Positions 17,838 to 27,110 of a stretch of 64,000 nt of DNA are shown piece by piece. How positions within the stretch are numbered: position 1 is the first letter of the stretch; every line of letters begins with the position of its first letter. A program made the position numbers and the translations under genes. Source of the stretch: a virus (taxonomy: Duplodnaviria; Heunggongvirae; Uroviricota; Caudoviricetes); the IMG/VR virus record IMGVR_UViG_3300042363_000940; one strand, given 5' to 3'. Under the pieces are notes generated by a model. The model saw only the letters and a program-made list of their open reading frames with translations, had not been told where the DNA came from and made no database searches.

Positions 17838-18232
17838 ACACTTTTGGGGTCGATTCCCACTTTAGCAAAAACATTTTCACATCTTTCTCTGAATACCGAA
17901 TCAGTACCAAATAAATCTTCAAACGTTCTAATGGAATGAATGATTGTTGTGTGGTCTTTACCGCCCACCATCTCACCAATCTTCGCTAAAGAAAATCTCG
18001 TCTTTCTTTTAATAATGTACGCAATTAAATGTCTTGATTCGACACACTCTCTCTTTCTTGAACGAGAGATAATTTGTTCTTTTGTTAATCCATAATCCCG
18101 ACCAACAATTTCAAAAATTTGTTCTTCTGTAATAACCATTTTGGATTTCTTCAAATACGGATGTTTTCTTGAATCTAAAAATTCAATCTTCAAACCCGGA
18201 TATATGTAAGGACTTATTTTTTTGTTAGGCAT
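17834..18232 (-). CDS. DnaA domain IV-like DNA-binding protein
   Basis: SRSRKRECVESRHLIAYIIKRKTRFSLAKIGEMVGGKDHTTIIHSIR matches the DnaA C-terminal helix-turn-helix (RxxxxARxxAMYLxxxxTxxSLxxIGxxFGGRDHTTVxHA). Confidence 0.7.
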   Translation of the reverse strand: MPNKKISPYIYPGLKIEFLDSRKHPYLKKSKMVITEEQIFEIVGRDYGLTKEQIISRSRKRECVESRHLIAYIIKRKTRFSLAKIGEMVGGKDHTTIIHSIRTFEDLFGTDSVFRERCENVFAKVGIDPKSV

Positions 18233-18438
18233 TAATCAACAATTTTTCTGACGAAATAAGTGTGACCTGAGTCGGTATTGGCATTCAATAACTCGACCAT
18301 TTTGTTTACCTCTTCTTCTGACTCAAACTCTTCAACTTCACCTAGTGAATCATTCATAATGATGTTGATGTAGTGAGGTTCCCCGTCTCCGTGGAACTTG
18401 TTAGAAACCATTTTTTTTACGATGATGTATTTTCCCAT
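18232..18438 (-). CDS. hypothetical protein (68 aa)
   Basis: ORF. Confidence 0.4.
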   Translation of the reverse strand: MGKYIIVKKMVSNKFHGDGEPHYINIIMNDSLGEVEEFESEEEVNKMVELLNANTDSGHTYFVRKIVD

Positions 18439-18439
18439 G

Positions 18440-18988
18440 TTATTTTGTTAAATAAAGTCTGTTGTGATTGTAAAGTGCAACGGGATTGTTGTCTGCAATT
18501 TCACCATACTTACTCATTACGTGTTCGTATGCCAAATCCTGCGGTTCATTAATAACTTCCGATAAGATATTACAGAAACCAAAGTTAGATTCATCAACGG
18601 AATCTTGTTTTGTACCGGGTAAACCACAGTAGTATGCCTCCCCAACTTCGCTGATGAACATTCCACTATAGAAACCTTTCAATCCAAATGGTTGAACGAA
18701 TCTATCGGCGTTACACCAAATGAATACTGAGTTGTCTTTCTCACTTAATACGGGTACAACGTTTTTATCAATAATGTATGGACCATACCCTTTGAATGTA
18801 CCAACCGAGAACAAACCACCGGGTGAACCGTGACCCATCATCATAACTCTATCGTGTTCTCTGATTAGTTCAATCAGTTCTTGTTGACTTACACCACCAG
18901 TTATTACTGTTTTGTTTGGTATAGGATTATAGACAATATCCAAGAATGATGTTGAACTGTCTTTCGGATGTACTATTAATGTTTTCAT
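18440..18988 (-). CDS. hypothetical protein (182 aa)
   Basis: ORF with the promoter-like motif at 19012-19024 upstream. Confidence 0.55.
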   Translation of the reverse strand: MKTLIVHPKDSSTSFLDIVYNPIPNKTVITGGVSQQELIELIREHDRVMMMGHGSPGGLFSVGTFKGYGPYIIDKNVVPVLSEKDNSVFIWCNADRFVQPFGLKGFYSGMFISEVGEAYYCGLPGTKQDSVDESNFGFCNILSEVINEPQDLAYEHVMSKYGEIADNNPVALYNHNRLYLTK

Positions 18989-19011
18989 TGTACAAAGGTA
19001 TGTTTATTTTC

Positions 19012-19024
19012 GAATATTCCAAAA
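19012..19024 (-). promoter_or_regulatory. conserved promoter-like element
   Basis: TTCGAATATTCCAAAAAT upstream of the start at 18988. Confidence 0.45.
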
Positions 19025-19063
19025 ATATTCTAATATTTTTATTATAAAACTATTTTGGTTATA

Positions 19064-20083
19064 TTAACCTCGAGCCATACCAATATCAAATCCTGTGTTA
19101 TACGCTGCGGTGCCCCCTCTCATATCTCCAACAGTTAGTTCACCGTGATAACGATTTTCTACGCGCATATCAAGGGCAGACTCTTCAGTAACTTCCATAT
19201 CAGTCGGACCTTCGTCAACCATAGGTGATTCCATTGCCACTTCCATTGGTTCTTCACGAGATATGAGATATTTTTCTCGTCGATTCATAAGTTCCTCTTG
19301 TTTTTTCAAGTCTTCCTCACTTAATAATAATAAGTTCGATACTGGATTCTTAAAAACTTCTTCTTTGATACATTCCATTATGAATAATGGTAATTCACTT
19401 TCAATTGAATCGATTCTTGTATCCGCTTGATTCCAAAATGAGAACTCAGGTTCAAGGTCTAACGATTTAAAACATGCAACTTTTAGACCTGTTACTTTGT
19501 TAATCATGTAAAGAAGGATTCCTCTCTTTGCATAACGAATAAAGTACTCAGGGTTATTCTCTTGAGTTGTACACCATTTAGTAGATGAACCATACTTACG
19601 AGACGAATGATAAGTTAAAGGTCTAAGAACAATCCACTCATCATCTGAGTATATTACTTTGATTTGTTTTTCCAAATCTTTCTCAAGTGTCTTTACCTCA
19701 GCAATACCAGTTGCCACCATAATCTCATCAAACGTACTGTAACGAGACAAATCACTTTGTTCAATCAAACCTCTTTCATTGTACTCACAAAACTTCATGA
19801 ATGACTTCAAATCATTATGGTTAAACATAATGTCAATGAAACGGTACATAAACATTAGTTGTAGTGGTGTGAAGTCACTAAGGTCCTCCTCACTAATTCC
19901 GTAGTCCTTTTTGTACGATGCGATAACTTCTTTTTGGTATTCATCAAGATTTTTAGTTTTCTTCATAACACGCATCAATGTCTCAACGTATTTTGTTTTT
20001 TTCTCAGGCACAAACAATTCAACAATGTCAATCATGTTGATGATGTGTTCAGGATTTGTTTTTAAGTTTCTAATTCGTGACAT
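19064..20083 (-). CDS. large hypothetical protein, paralog B of the TKWCTTQE family (339 aa)
   Basis: See 3798-4730; shared block around SRKYGSSTKWCTTQE. Confidence 0.7.
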   Translation of the reverse strand: MSRIRNLKTNPEHIINMIDIVELFVPEKKTKYVETLMRVMKKTKNLDEYQKEVIASYKKDYGISEEDLSDFTPLQLMFMYRFIDIMFNHNDLKSFMKFCEYNERGLIEQSDLSRYSTFDEIMVATGIAEVKTLEKDLEKQIKVIYSDDEWIVLRPLTYHSSRKYGSSTKWCTTQENNPEYFIRYAKRGILLYMINKVTGLKVACFKSLDLEPEFSFWNQADTRIDSIESELPLFIMECIKEEVFKNPVSNLLLLSEEDLKKQEELMNRREKYLISREEPMEVAMESPMVDEGPTDMEVTEESALDMRVENRYHGELTVGDMRGGTAAYNTGFDIGMARG

Positions 20084-20093
20084 AGTATATTTT

Positions 20094-20720
20094 TTAATAG
20101 TTCTTTCTTAATAATTCAATTACGTCCCACGCATCCTCAAGTGCATTGTGCGTAACAATACCTTCAATGTTGGCTCGTTCTTTACATTTAGTTAGTGAGG
20201 GAATTGCCTCATCATTTGACCAATCAACAAATAAAATTGATGGGTCGATTATTCTCGAACGAGTTCTTATTAATTTCTTCCACCACGGCAACTCTTCTAA
20301 GAATAACTTGTCAAAGGTACCAAAGTTCTTTCCGGCAACATTGATTGTAATTGGTTTAGTTTGTCCATTAATTACCAGTATAAAACCATCCCCATACCCA
20401 TTATTGATTAAGAAATAATAGAATTCTTTTACAACTTCATCTTCAGTATAAAATTTATATCCACTATTATTATTTAATAGTTCTCTAACTTCATCTTTAC
20501 CCTCAAGATATTCACCCATCATAGAGATAATGTTACTATTCATAGTGATTGCTCTTGGTGAACCTTGAATATTGTTTTGAATTACTATTGCGTTGAACTT
20601 GGGTAGTTCCTCGTAAGGTAATTTCTTAGTGGTGTCTTCGATGATTGCACCGATAGATAGGACATTGTTCATATCAGGATTTAAACCTGATGTTTCGATA
20701 TCAATTGATACATATAACAT
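20094..20720 (-). CDS. DEDDh 3'-5' exonuclease (DnaQ/RNase T-like)
   Basis: Exo I motif YVSIDIETSGL and Exo III motif HNALEDAWD. Confidence 0.75.
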   Translation of the reverse strand: MLYVSIDIETSGLNPDMNNVLSIGAIIEDTTKKLPYEELPKFNAIVIQNNIQGSPRAITMNSNIISMMGEYLEGKDEVRELLNNNSGYKFYTEDEVVKEFYYFLINNGYGDGFILVINGQTKPITINVAGKNFGTFDKLFLEELPWWKKLIRTRSRIIDPSILFVDWSNDEAIPSLTKCKERANIEGIVTHNALEDAWDVIELLRKNY

Positions 20721-20911
20721 TAGTCTAAGGATTTAATTATCATTACGAATATGATGAATAGAATAATGAGCGCAAAACCACCCCACAAAGGTGCGGTTAC
20801 CCACCACCAAGACCAATCAATAAAACCCGTAAGTTTAAGGGTCATGAAAATTAAAAACATCAGTCCGAAGAAACCTATCCCCCCTGATGAACTTGAATTA
20901 CTGTTCGACAT
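20720..20911 (-). CDS. small membrane protein (63 aa)
   Basis: Two hydrophobic helices, Trp-rich. Confidence 0.4.
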   Translation of the reverse strand: MSNSNSSSSGGIGFFGLMFLIFMTLKLTGFIDWSWWWVTAPLWGGFALIILFIIFVMIIKSLD

Positions 20912-21386
20912 TTTTTTTAAAATTATATTTGGTTGTTAATATTTCAATTGTTTTCTCTGCGGATGTGTGTTGTATACCAATACCACCGGCACCAATCCAA
21001 CCATCGATATTATCTTTTCTATCGTCAATTAGAATTGAATTTGGTTCCGCGAAATCTTTCTTGTGTTTAGCACTTCTAAGAATAAGTTGTGTGCCAGGTA
21101 ATTCTCTTTCAACCCAATCATGTTTGGCAACACGAGAATCATTCTGCCTTGATGGGGCAGATAAAATAAAGGGGTTATGTGGTTTAATAAAATCCCACAA
21201 GATGTGACCATCGTTCATCCATTTTAAGTTAATCCAAAAGTCATAACCGGCAGAATTAATCGGGTCCCAAAAATTAGTATCGTTTCGATGTTCACCATCC
21301 AAATCGTGACCGGTTAAATTCTTATATCCTTTATTGAAATCAATAAGGACACCATCAAGGTCACAGTATATTTTATAATCACCCAT
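20898..21386 (-). CDS. HAD-family 5'(3')-deoxyribonucleotidase-like
   Basis: N-terminal YCDLDGVLIDF motif typical of NT5C-type nucleotidases. Confidence 0.65.
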   Translation of the reverse strand: MGDYKIYCDLDGVLIDFNKGYKNLTGHDLDGEHRNDTNFWDPINSAGYDFWINLKWMNDGHILWDFIKPHNPFILSAPSRQNDSRVAKHDWVERELPGTQLILRSAKHKKDFAEPNSILIDDRKDNIDGWIGAGGIGIQHTSAEKTIEILTTKYNFKKNVEQ

Positions 21387-21450
21387 ATTTTAGAGATGTT
21401 TTTACAAATATACAAAAATGTTTTTAAATAAAAAAACTGGTAAGTATTAT

Positions 21451-21789
21451 TTACCAGTTTTCGTCATCGTCATCACCAAAGTCGTCTTTAAAATCGTCAT
21501 CTTCATAATCATCCTCCTCATCAACATGTTCGTCCTCCAATTCTTCAATTAGTGATTCATATACTAAATCCTCACTTACCCAATCAGGTAGGTCTTCATC
21601 TGTGTTTGATTCATAATTTTTAATGTCGATATCCTCACGATTAATATAGTTTGAGTCTCCGTAAGAATCTTCAATTATTTCGGGTTCATTGTACCACGAG
21701 TAACTTACATATACCTCGGCTTCGTCAGAACTATTAGGGTCGTATATTGTGACAACTTTAGTATTCAGTCCTTTTTTTGATTTTCCCAT
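21451..21789 (-). CDS. acidic hypothetical protein (112 aa)
   Basis: D/E-rich C-terminus. Confidence 0.45.
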   Translation of the reverse strand: MGKSKKGLNTKVVTIYDPNSSDEAEVYVSYSWYNEPEIIEDSYGDSNYINREDIDIKNYESNTDEDLPDWVSEDLVYESLIEELEDEHVDEEDDYEDDDFKDDFGDDDDENW

Positions 21790-21817
21790 AGTTTAAATTA
21801 AGATATTTATTAATAGA

Positions 21818-22366
21818 ATGTTCAAATATATATCTGTAATATTATCAAAATTCACTCAAGGTCAAAGAATTATTGCCCTGTTGTTATTATTATTGTCTAT
21901 AACATTCATTTCTATTGGTCCAAAAATAGTGGAATCGTTAACTTACAGTGATGTGGAATTGAAATCAAAAGTAGAGTCTCAAACCACACAAATACTTGAA
22001 TTGAACGACAGAGTAACTGAATTAAATACTCAAATTATATCCAACCAAAGACAATGTACAGATGCAATTGTTGAAAGAGAAAAAGAAATCATGGGTGAGA
22101 TTATTGCACTTGAGGGTAGGGTTAAACAACAAACCAATCCACTTGGTGGGTCCGATAATGGTCGTGAGAATGGTTCGGGTACACCACATCAAAGAATGTC
22201 GATGAAAACGATAGATACGGTAAACATGGAAATGATTGTTCTCGAGTCTACACCTCCACCACCCATACAGAAAGAAAAGACCCAACCAACATCATTGATG
22301 TTAGATGGGCTAAGTAAAATTAAAAAGAATCTAAATAATAGTATTAATTCAAAGAAAAAGAATTAA
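21818..22366 (+). CDS. membrane protein with coiled-coil (182 aa)
   Basis: N-terminal transmembrane helix and heptad-like region; the only long ORF filling a gap between minus-strand genes. Confidence 0.45.
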   Translation: MFKYISVILSKFTQGQRIIALLLLLLSITFISIGPKIVESLTYSDVELKSKVESQTTQILELNDRVTELNTQIISNQRQCTDAIVEREKEIMGEIIALEGRVKQQTNPLGGSDNGRENGSGTPHQRMSMKTIDTVNMEMIVLESTPPPPIQKEKTQPTSLMLDGLSKIKKNLNNSINSKKKN

Positions 22367-22602
22367 TTTCCTTTAGCAACAACTTCGGGGTTATCGGTAT
22401 GTGCGTCTTTCACAACATAAAAATTACCTTCTTCGTCTTGCGCCAAACTTAATAGAACCGCTTGTTCTTCTTCATAACTATCAGCACCCGGTAACTCCTC
22501 AGGTTGAACCTTAGTATCGAAATCATCGAATTCAGCCTCTTTTATTGTCTTTTTTACGATGTTCTCGATATCTGAAATACTCAATTTAACTATTTTAGCC
22601 AT
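22363..22602 (-). CDS. acidic hypothetical protein (79 aa)
   Basis: ORF. Confidence 0.45.
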   Translation of the reverse strand: MAKIVKLSISDIENIVKKTIKEAEFDDFDTKVQPEELPGADSYEEEQAVLLSLAQDEEGNFYVVKDAHTDNPEVVAKGN

Positions 22603-22639
22603 GATGTGTTGTTTTATATATAAATATCATTTAAAATGA

Positions 22640-22665
22640 AAAACCCCTCCGAAGAGGGGTTGTTA
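22640..22665 (-). terminator. rho-independent terminator after the SPFH gene
   Basis: On the minus strand AACCCCTC-TTCG-GAGGGGTT followed by a T-run. Confidence 0.5.
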
Positions 22666-23589
22666 TTATTTAATACCTATCATTGAACTAGTTTTGTCCC
22701 CTAACATCGTTTCGGGTAACTTACCATTCCATTTGTTAATCCACTCAAGTTGTAACAACATAGGGGTAATTGTCTTTTGTTTTAGACTGTTTGCCTCTGC
22801 CTCAGCCTTCGCTGCGGTTAACATTGCCTGAGCGTTACCGTTGGCGGTTGCGATTTTAATCTTAGCCTGAGCCTCAGCAGTTTTAACTTGATTTTCAGCC
22901 ATCAAAGAACTTTGTACGGCATTATTCTTAGCCTCGATTGACTTTTTAAATGTCTCAGGATAAATCAAATTAGAAGTGAATTGATTAATAACAAATCCTT
23001 CTTTTTGTAATTGACTCTCCAACAATCTACGAACCTCGACTTCAAACACCGCTCTATTTGATATGAGTTCATCTGCGGTATACTTATTGGTTGCCAAACG
23101 GAACGCATCGTACACTGCGGTCTTTAAAAATCCCTCCTCAATCTCGGGTAATGACCTACGATATTTCGCGAAGATGAATGGGACTCTTTCTCGTTGAACC
23201 GAATAGTTCACAATTGGGGATACATGGAATTCACTACCGTCTTTTGAGTTAACGATAAATGAGTTATCCGCATCTTCTGTCTTGGTGTATTCTTTGTGTT
23301 GGATGTAAATCGGGAACTCATAAATTTTTGTAGTTAATGGATTGTAAAACACCATACCGGTACATTCCGTAACATCATCCACTCCTTTACCTGTTCCATA
23401 AAGATTAACTTTAACACCTACGTGTCCTGCATCGATTCTCTCACATGAGAAGAATAACGTGATAAGTAGAATAAATCCTACGACTCCTAAAATAATTGAT
23501 TTCATTGTTTTTTTTCTTTTTATTTGTTCTTGTAATTTACGTTCTTGACGTTCCTTTTCTTGTTGTAAATAATAATTCTGGTAATCCAT
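22666..23589 (-). CDS. SPFH/band-7 (stomatin/prohibitin-like) membrane protein
   Basis: N-terminal transmembrane helix and the Ala/Gln/Glu-rich block KTAEAQAKIKIATANGNAQAMLTAAKAEAEA typical of SPFH proteins. Confidence 0.75.
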   Translation of the reverse strand: MDYQNYYLQQEKERQERKLQEQIKRKKTMKSIILGVVGFILLITLFFSCERIDAGHVGVKVNLYGTGKGVDDVTECTGMVFYNPLTTKIYEFPIYIQHKEYTKTEDADNSFIVNSKDGSEFHVSPIVNYSVQRERVPFIFAKYRRSLPEIEEGFLKTAVYDAFRLATNKYTADELISNRAVFEVEVRRLLESQLQKEGFVINQFTSNLIYPETFKKSIEAKNNAVQSSLMAENQVKTAEAQAKIKIATANGNAQAMLTAAKAEAEANSLKQKTITPMLLQLEWINKWNGKLPETMLGDKTSSMIGIK

Positions 23590-23595
23590 TTATGT

Positions 23596-23970
23596 TTATT
23601 TTTTTGGTTTATTTATTACCTCCGTTTTTGGTTTTCTTTTTTTCTTTGGTTTGACAAAAACAATTTCGGGATAATAATCCAACTCCGTTTCAGGTTCTTT
23701 ATCGGGTTCAGGTTCGAACAATGGATGTACCTTTGGTGTGGTATCCAAAAACGTTACCTTAACATAATATATTACAAATAATAGTACGAACACCGCACCG
23801 ATACCCGAAAGAATATTATACAATGTGTTTGCCACGGTTAAACCGGGGAAGATAATAAATTGGAAAAATCCAATTACCCCAGTCATTACAAAGAACGATT
23901 GTAAAATTGGGGATTTGATTAGTTCAGAGAAAACTTTTTTCATGATTGTTTGGTTTTTTAAAATATACAA
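23596..23970 (-). CDS. two-pass membrane protein with charged tail, possible SPFH partner (NfeD-like role)
   Basis: Immediately upstream of the SPFH gene; two transmembrane helices then a Lys/Glu/Pro-rich tail. Confidence 0.5.
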   Translation of the reverse strand: MYILKNQTIMKKVFSELIKSPILQSFFVMTGVIGFFQFIIFPGLTVANTLYNILSGIGAVFVLLFVIYYVKVTFLDTTPKVHPLFEPEPDKEPETELDYYPEIVFVKPKKKRKPKTEVINKPKK

Positions 23971-23991
23971 ATTAATTTTTAATTTTCCAAA

Positions 23992-24648
23992 TTACCCAAC
24001 AACATTTTTCATGTCATCATTGTGATGGTCAAGAGGTCCCATCTCAGAACCAATTGGTACTTTTAACATTGGGTTCATTACCTCATGAACAAAGTCATAT
24101 GGTCTAAACTCGGGATGTCCGTCCATACCAACATCCATTCTTCTTCCACCACTAACCTTAGCGTGATGAGGTAGGTGACAATGACCATGTAAATGGATAC
24201 GACCTTTTCTTAGATTGTTCCAAGATGTGATTGGGTAATGTAACATCTCAAATGAATGACCTTGGTATTCAAGTCTATTGTAGTGACTAACACTGGCAAA
24301 TAAACTCTTACAGTTTTCACGATTTCTTTCAATGTGATGGTCATGATTACCTAACAAGATATGAATCTCTTGACAGATGATTCTATTTCTGAATTCCGCA
24401 ATGTTCTCGAACCCACCGAATGACCAATCACCCAAGTGAATCAACACATCATCTTGACCAACAACTTCATTGATGTTGTTTACAATCGCAGCGTTCATCT
24501 TATCAAGAGTTGCGAAATCTCTTGTTTGACTAACGGGAATACTACCGTCGGGCATTCTCCAATTAGTAATTCCTCTACATATATTAGTATGTGAGTAATG
24601 TGTGTCAGATGTTATCCAAACCTTTCTACTATTATCTATCCTTAACAT
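23992..24648 (-). CDS. calcineurin-like metallophosphatase
   Basis: Motifs ITSDTHYSH, HLGDWSFG, LGNHDHH, HLHGHCH. Confidence 0.75.
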   Translation of the reverse strand: MLRIDNSRKVWITSDTHYSHTNICRGITNWRMPDGSIPVSQTRDFATLDKMNAAIVNNINEVVGQDDVLIHLGDWSFGGFENIAEFRNRIICQEIHILLGNHDHHIERNRENCKSLFASVSHYNRLEYQGHSFEMLHYPITSWNNLRKGRIHLHGHCHLPHHAKVSGGRRMDVGMDGHPEFRPYDFVHEVMNPMLKVPIGSEMGPLDHHNDDMKNVVG

Positions 24649-24649
24649 A

Positions 24650-25150
24650 TCAACTAAATTCTGTTGATGTACTTACACGAAGTCCATCGATTATTAAATC
24701 ATCATATTTTTCATTATCCATCCAAAAGGCACCATGACCTTTTGCTCTTTGTTCTTTACGATATTCTTCGTTGACAACCCAACCATCGGGTTCACCCCAT
24801 TCGAGTGCCATGGTAATAAACTCTTCAACATTTTCTTCTTCACCATATTCATCTACAACCCTACCTGAACGAATGAACGATAAAAGTTCTTCCTTATTGG
24901 AATAATATTTGTCCTTGTGAAAATTCCAACAGAACTTCCATCCACCACTTCGTTTACCTAAATGAATATTGGTACCATCGAGAAAATCATCCCAAACAGA
25001 AATAGAGTCCCAAGAATCTTCTTTAGTTACGCGGAATCCCCTTTCAATATTACTCGGAGTTAAATCTAAATCCATAACTCGTTGGATAAGAACCTTTTTT
25101 CTTTCGTCCATCTCACTCTCAAGTGGTATATGGTAATAGTTTGTGCCCAT
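24650..25150 (-). CDS. hypothetical protein
   Basis: Start moved to MGTNYYHIP (ATG at 25150) because the promoter-like motif at 25189-25201 lies inside the longer ORF. Confidence 0.5.
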   Translation of the reverse strand: MGTNYYHIPLESEMDERKKVLIQRVMDLDLTPSNIERGFRVTKEDSWDSISVWDDFLDGTNIHLGKRSGGWKFCWNFHKDKYYSNKEELLSFIRSGRVVDEYGEEENVEEFITMALEWGEPDGWVVNEEYRKEQRAKGHGAFWMDNEKYDDLIIDGLRVSTSTEFS

Positions 25151-25188
25151 AATAATTATATTATGATACAAAGATAAAAAATAATTTC

Positions 25189-25201
25189 GAATATTCCAAA
25201 T
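25189..25201 (-). promoter_or_regulatory. conserved promoter-like element
   Basis: TTCGAATATTCCAAAT, 39 nt upstream of the trimmed start at 25150. Confidence 0.45.
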
Positions 25202-25258
25202 AATAGCAAAAAAAATCCCCAATTTCTTGAGGATTCTTATTTTATGGGGGAATTGTAA

Positions 25259-25603
25259 TTATTCTTGTACGTAATTTTCGAAAGTTAAATCAGGATTTTC
25301 AGTTGAGAATTTACTAATTAAGTAGTCTTGAACCGATGACAATAACATTTCATATGGGTCAGTTAATGACACATCAAAACTTAATTCCGCTCTGTCAATG
25401 TTATTAATGGTAAATTGTGAAACCGTCACCAATTGTAGTGAGGTTACATCGGCCGGATTAGTAACTTCTTTTTCAACACATAGTTGACACTGAATATCTA
25501 ATCTACCCATAGGTATTTGTTGAACGTTTAATGCGATAACTGCATCTTTAATATAACTGTCGTTGTTTGGGTTTGGAAAGAATCCGTTTACTTGTATTGC
25601 CAT
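25259..25603 (-). CDS. hypothetical protein (114 aa)
   Basis: ORF. Confidence 0.5.
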   Translation of the reverse strand: MAIQVNGFFPNPNNDSYIKDAVIALNVQQIPMGRLDIQCQLCVEKEVTNPADVTSLQLVTVSQFTINNIDRAELSFDVSLTDPYEMLLSSVQDYLISKFSTENPDLTFENYVQE

Positions 25604-25609
25604 AATATT

Positions 25610-26788
25610 TTATTTCTTTAATTTAGTTATCACTCGTTGAACTAATCTGTTTTTAATACTTTCATTAACATCTCTCTTAATTTGGTATTGTTTAACGTTA
25701 GCGACTTTTAATGTTTCTTTAGGGTCGATTGCCTCGATTTGTGATTTTAATTCCTCAATGGCTTCCATCAATGCGTTAATCACATTGATATCATCCATTA
25801 CAGTATATGAATTACCATATTCTTTTCTTGGGTCAAGTTGTGCAGTTTTAGATACTTGGAAGATTTTGTCATCAAGGAAACCACCTCTTAAACCACTCTC
25901 TTCTTTCATCTTTTTACCAATCTTGTTTGTCATTTTAACATTCCACGCAAAACTCTCACCCATTCTTTCACCACTGATTTGAAAATCCATACGAATAGAA
26001 ACGTCAATGTTCTTTTCTTCAAGACCAAACGCATCTAATTTATAGACATCTGTTTTACCAGCGTATTGTTTTTGGTTCTTCTTGTCTGCTGCCCAATTTC
26101 TATAGTTTTGGTTAAATTGTCTAGCCAAGTAATAAGTTTTCATTTCAGGAGTATCTCCACCTTTAACACGTGCAATTGCCGCCTTTAAGAAATCTTGTAA
26201 CGATTCATAACCGTTGTAGTTATGTGTTTCGTAATTGATTTTATTGTTATCGTATCGACCGTACATACTAATATGTCTCCTGTCTCTAGCAACGATTGTT
26301 GGGATACTTCTTTTGTTAAGAATTTCACTGAACTCTTGGTCCCCGAATTCTGTATCAACGATAGAAAATAGTTTTCTTTTGATTTTTTCTCCTTCTGACA
26401 TATTTTCACCTGAGTGAATATATGATGTATCGATAGAACCTTCTTCATCACCTTCTCCACCCGGTAAAGGTTTTACATCCAACTTTCTTCTTGGTTGACA
26501 TGCCGGTAAATTACCTTGTTCCCATTTAAGATTTACTCCGAACTTTTCTTTTAGTTCGTCCATCAACTCAGAATTTTCTTCAATGAATTGATTAATATCA
26601 CTACCACAAGTGAATAAAATTGGGGTTCCTTGTACATTCCATCCTACAAGATTGTTGGTCTTATCCATTATCTTTTCGAATTTTTTGGTTATCCCGCTCA
26701 TTTTTTTCCAATCGGCCATCTCACCCATATCTGTAGTGATAGATTCAAAAATGAGATTTTTTAAATATTTTTTGGTTTTATTGTCCAT
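25610..26788 (-). CDS. hypothetical protein (392 aa)
   Basis: ORF; no motif recognised. Confidence 0.6.
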   Translation of the reverse strand: MDNKTKKYLKNLIFESITTDMGEMADWKKMSGITKKFEKIMDKTNNLVGWNVQGTPILFTCGSDINQFIEENSELMDELKEKFGVNLKWEQGNLPACQPRRKLDVKPLPGGEGDEEGSIDTSYIHSGENMSEGEKIKRKLFSIVDTEFGDQEFSEILNKRSIPTIVARDRRHISMYGRYDNNKINYETHNYNGYESLQDFLKAAIARVKGGDTPEMKTYYLARQFNQNYRNWAADKKNQKQYAGKTDVYKLDAFGLEEKNIDVSIRMDFQISGERMGESFAWNVKMTNKIGKKMKEESGLRGGFLDDKIFQVSKTAQLDPRKEYGNSYTVMDDINVINALMEAIEELKSQIEAIDPKETLKVANVKQYQIKRDVNESIKNRLVQRVITKLKK

Positions 26789-26836
26789 TTAACGATACTT
26801 TTTTCTTATATATAAATACAACCGAAATGGTTATTG

Positions 26837-27064
26837 TTATCTTTTATTGATGATGTCTCGTACTTTTTTACCGAGTTCCATATCATTTGGAGTATCATTG
26901 ATTACACTTTTTGGGACACATATAACATCCTCATCGATTTGACGTTCAAAACAAGTGAGACATAATTGTCCCATTCCTTCCAAATAACCCATTCTGTGGT
27001 CGATGTGTGTTTCGAACTCATATAGGGTTTCTTTCCCACATGTAACGCATAATTCTTTTGCCAT
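26837..27064 (-). CDS. small zinc-ribbon protein
   Basis: CVTCGKE...CLTCF; start trimmed to MAKELCV to remove overlap with the upstream lysin gene. Confidence 0.45.
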   Translation of the reverse strand: MAKELCVTCGKETLYEFETHIDHRMGYLEGMGQLCLTCFERQIDEDVICVPKSVINDTPNDMELGKKVRDIINKR

Positions 27065-27110
27065 AGTTATTTTTTTAATAAGATATACTTTTTTTTGTAA
27101 AAAAAAAATA

